A stretch of DNA of 63,979 nucleotides, counting the filler, from Chiloscyllium plagiosum (Eukaryota): NCBI RefSeq assembly GCF_004010195.1. It is 4 parts of one record of this genome, joined end to end, with 100 filler letters (N's around TTAATTAATTAA, not from the genome) between each part and the next. Parts side by side here need not be neighbours in the genome. Positions count along the whole stretch, not along the records: positions 60,442 to 63,979 come from NC_057716.1; 3 more parts are not named here. The stretch is one strand, 5' to 3'. Under the pieces are notes generated by a model that did not search any database, was not told the DNA's origin, and was given only the letters and a program-made list of their open reading frames with translations. Positions 63,274-63,979 of the stretch are shown in pieces. The number at the start of each line of letters is the position of its first letter. The stretch's first letter is position 1. The position numbers and the translations under genes are program-made.

Positions 63274-63979
63274 TTAATGAGGGAATTTGTTTGATGGATG
63301 AATTTGGGTGAAGGGATATTGCAGCACATTCTTCAGCTGCTGCCTGAACTTAGTCTGGGTCACGGCATAAATCGCGGTTTTGTGCAGCAACTGAGGAGCT
63401 GCAGCATGAAACCCAATTCCCGCACAAAGGGTTTTAAATACACAGACCGATACCCAATCAACCACATCCGGTACCATGTGGAAAACAGCATTAACGTTGA
63501 CCATAACAGGATGAAATTGACCGAGATCACAAACAGTAAAATGATGGATTTTTTTCGGTTTCTCATTTCAGTGTCAGACTGAGCGTCCCCATTGGTGTGA
63601 GCGCGGAGTCTCCTGCGGGCTCTGCTGGTCACTAAAATGTGTCTGACGGTGAGAACATTGAGCAGCAGAATCAGGAGAAATGGGACACACGGGGTTAGAA
63701 TGTGGTGGAGGAGCTCGATTGTGACCCAGACACGGGAGGAATAAACATTGGTTGTTACAGCACAAAACCAGGGGAAGTTTCCTCCCTGGTACTGTGCTTG
63801 GAGCATAAAATACCAGAAAATGTTCTTTAAACAGCTCAGCACAGTCACTGCTCCCAGAACCACAGCCGCCGTTTTCTCACGCAATATTTAACTTTTCAGC
63901 TTCTGGCAACAAATGGCCACAAACCGAACAAAGGTGAAAGTGACGGTGAACCAGACAGAGCAGTCAGCGGCTGCATAAA
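63274..63979 (-). pseudogene. GPR139-like GPCR pseudogene (continues beyond the window)
   Basis: DCSVWFTVTFTFVRFVAICCQKLK, EKTAAVV, LTPCVPFLLILLLNVLTVRHIL, RKKSIILLF and TAIYAVTQTKFRQQLK. Frameshifts near 63880 and 63378; DRF changed to VRF. Confidence 0.82.

Overview
This is vertebrate nuclear DNA, most likely a cartilaginous fish (shark-type HE1/V-SINEs, DeuSINE-derived minisatellites, very abundant CR1 LINEs and an expanded GPR139-like family), with several N-gaps. The real gene content is a tandem pair of CXCR1/CXCR2-like chemokine receptor genes and two frameshifted GPR139-like pseudogenes. The first receptor gene (37239-38300) is canonical; the second (40967-41947) has DRY changed to DHY and a truncated C-tail. 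Most of the rest is repeats: many CR1 LINEs, two Gmr1-type LTR retrotransposons (integrase before RT), a third degenerate gypsy element, Penelope-like (GIY-YIG) fragments, SINEs and minisatellites. One Gmr1 element is complete and splits a 32-bp minisatellite. Four patterns stand out. (1) A family of short palindromic, TSD-flanked elements carries minimal hammerhead-ribozyme cores, and one has a visible empty site in the paralogous CXCR locus. (2) At least five short insertions are copied from DNA 0.6-2 kb away, including a piece of CXCR coding sequence. (3) A 285-bp near-identical tract is shared by the otherwise diverged CXCR paralogs. (4) A block at about 43-58 kb holds repeats that are highly diverged yet CpG-rich. 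All calls come from reading the sequence; no searches were run and many boundaries are approximate.
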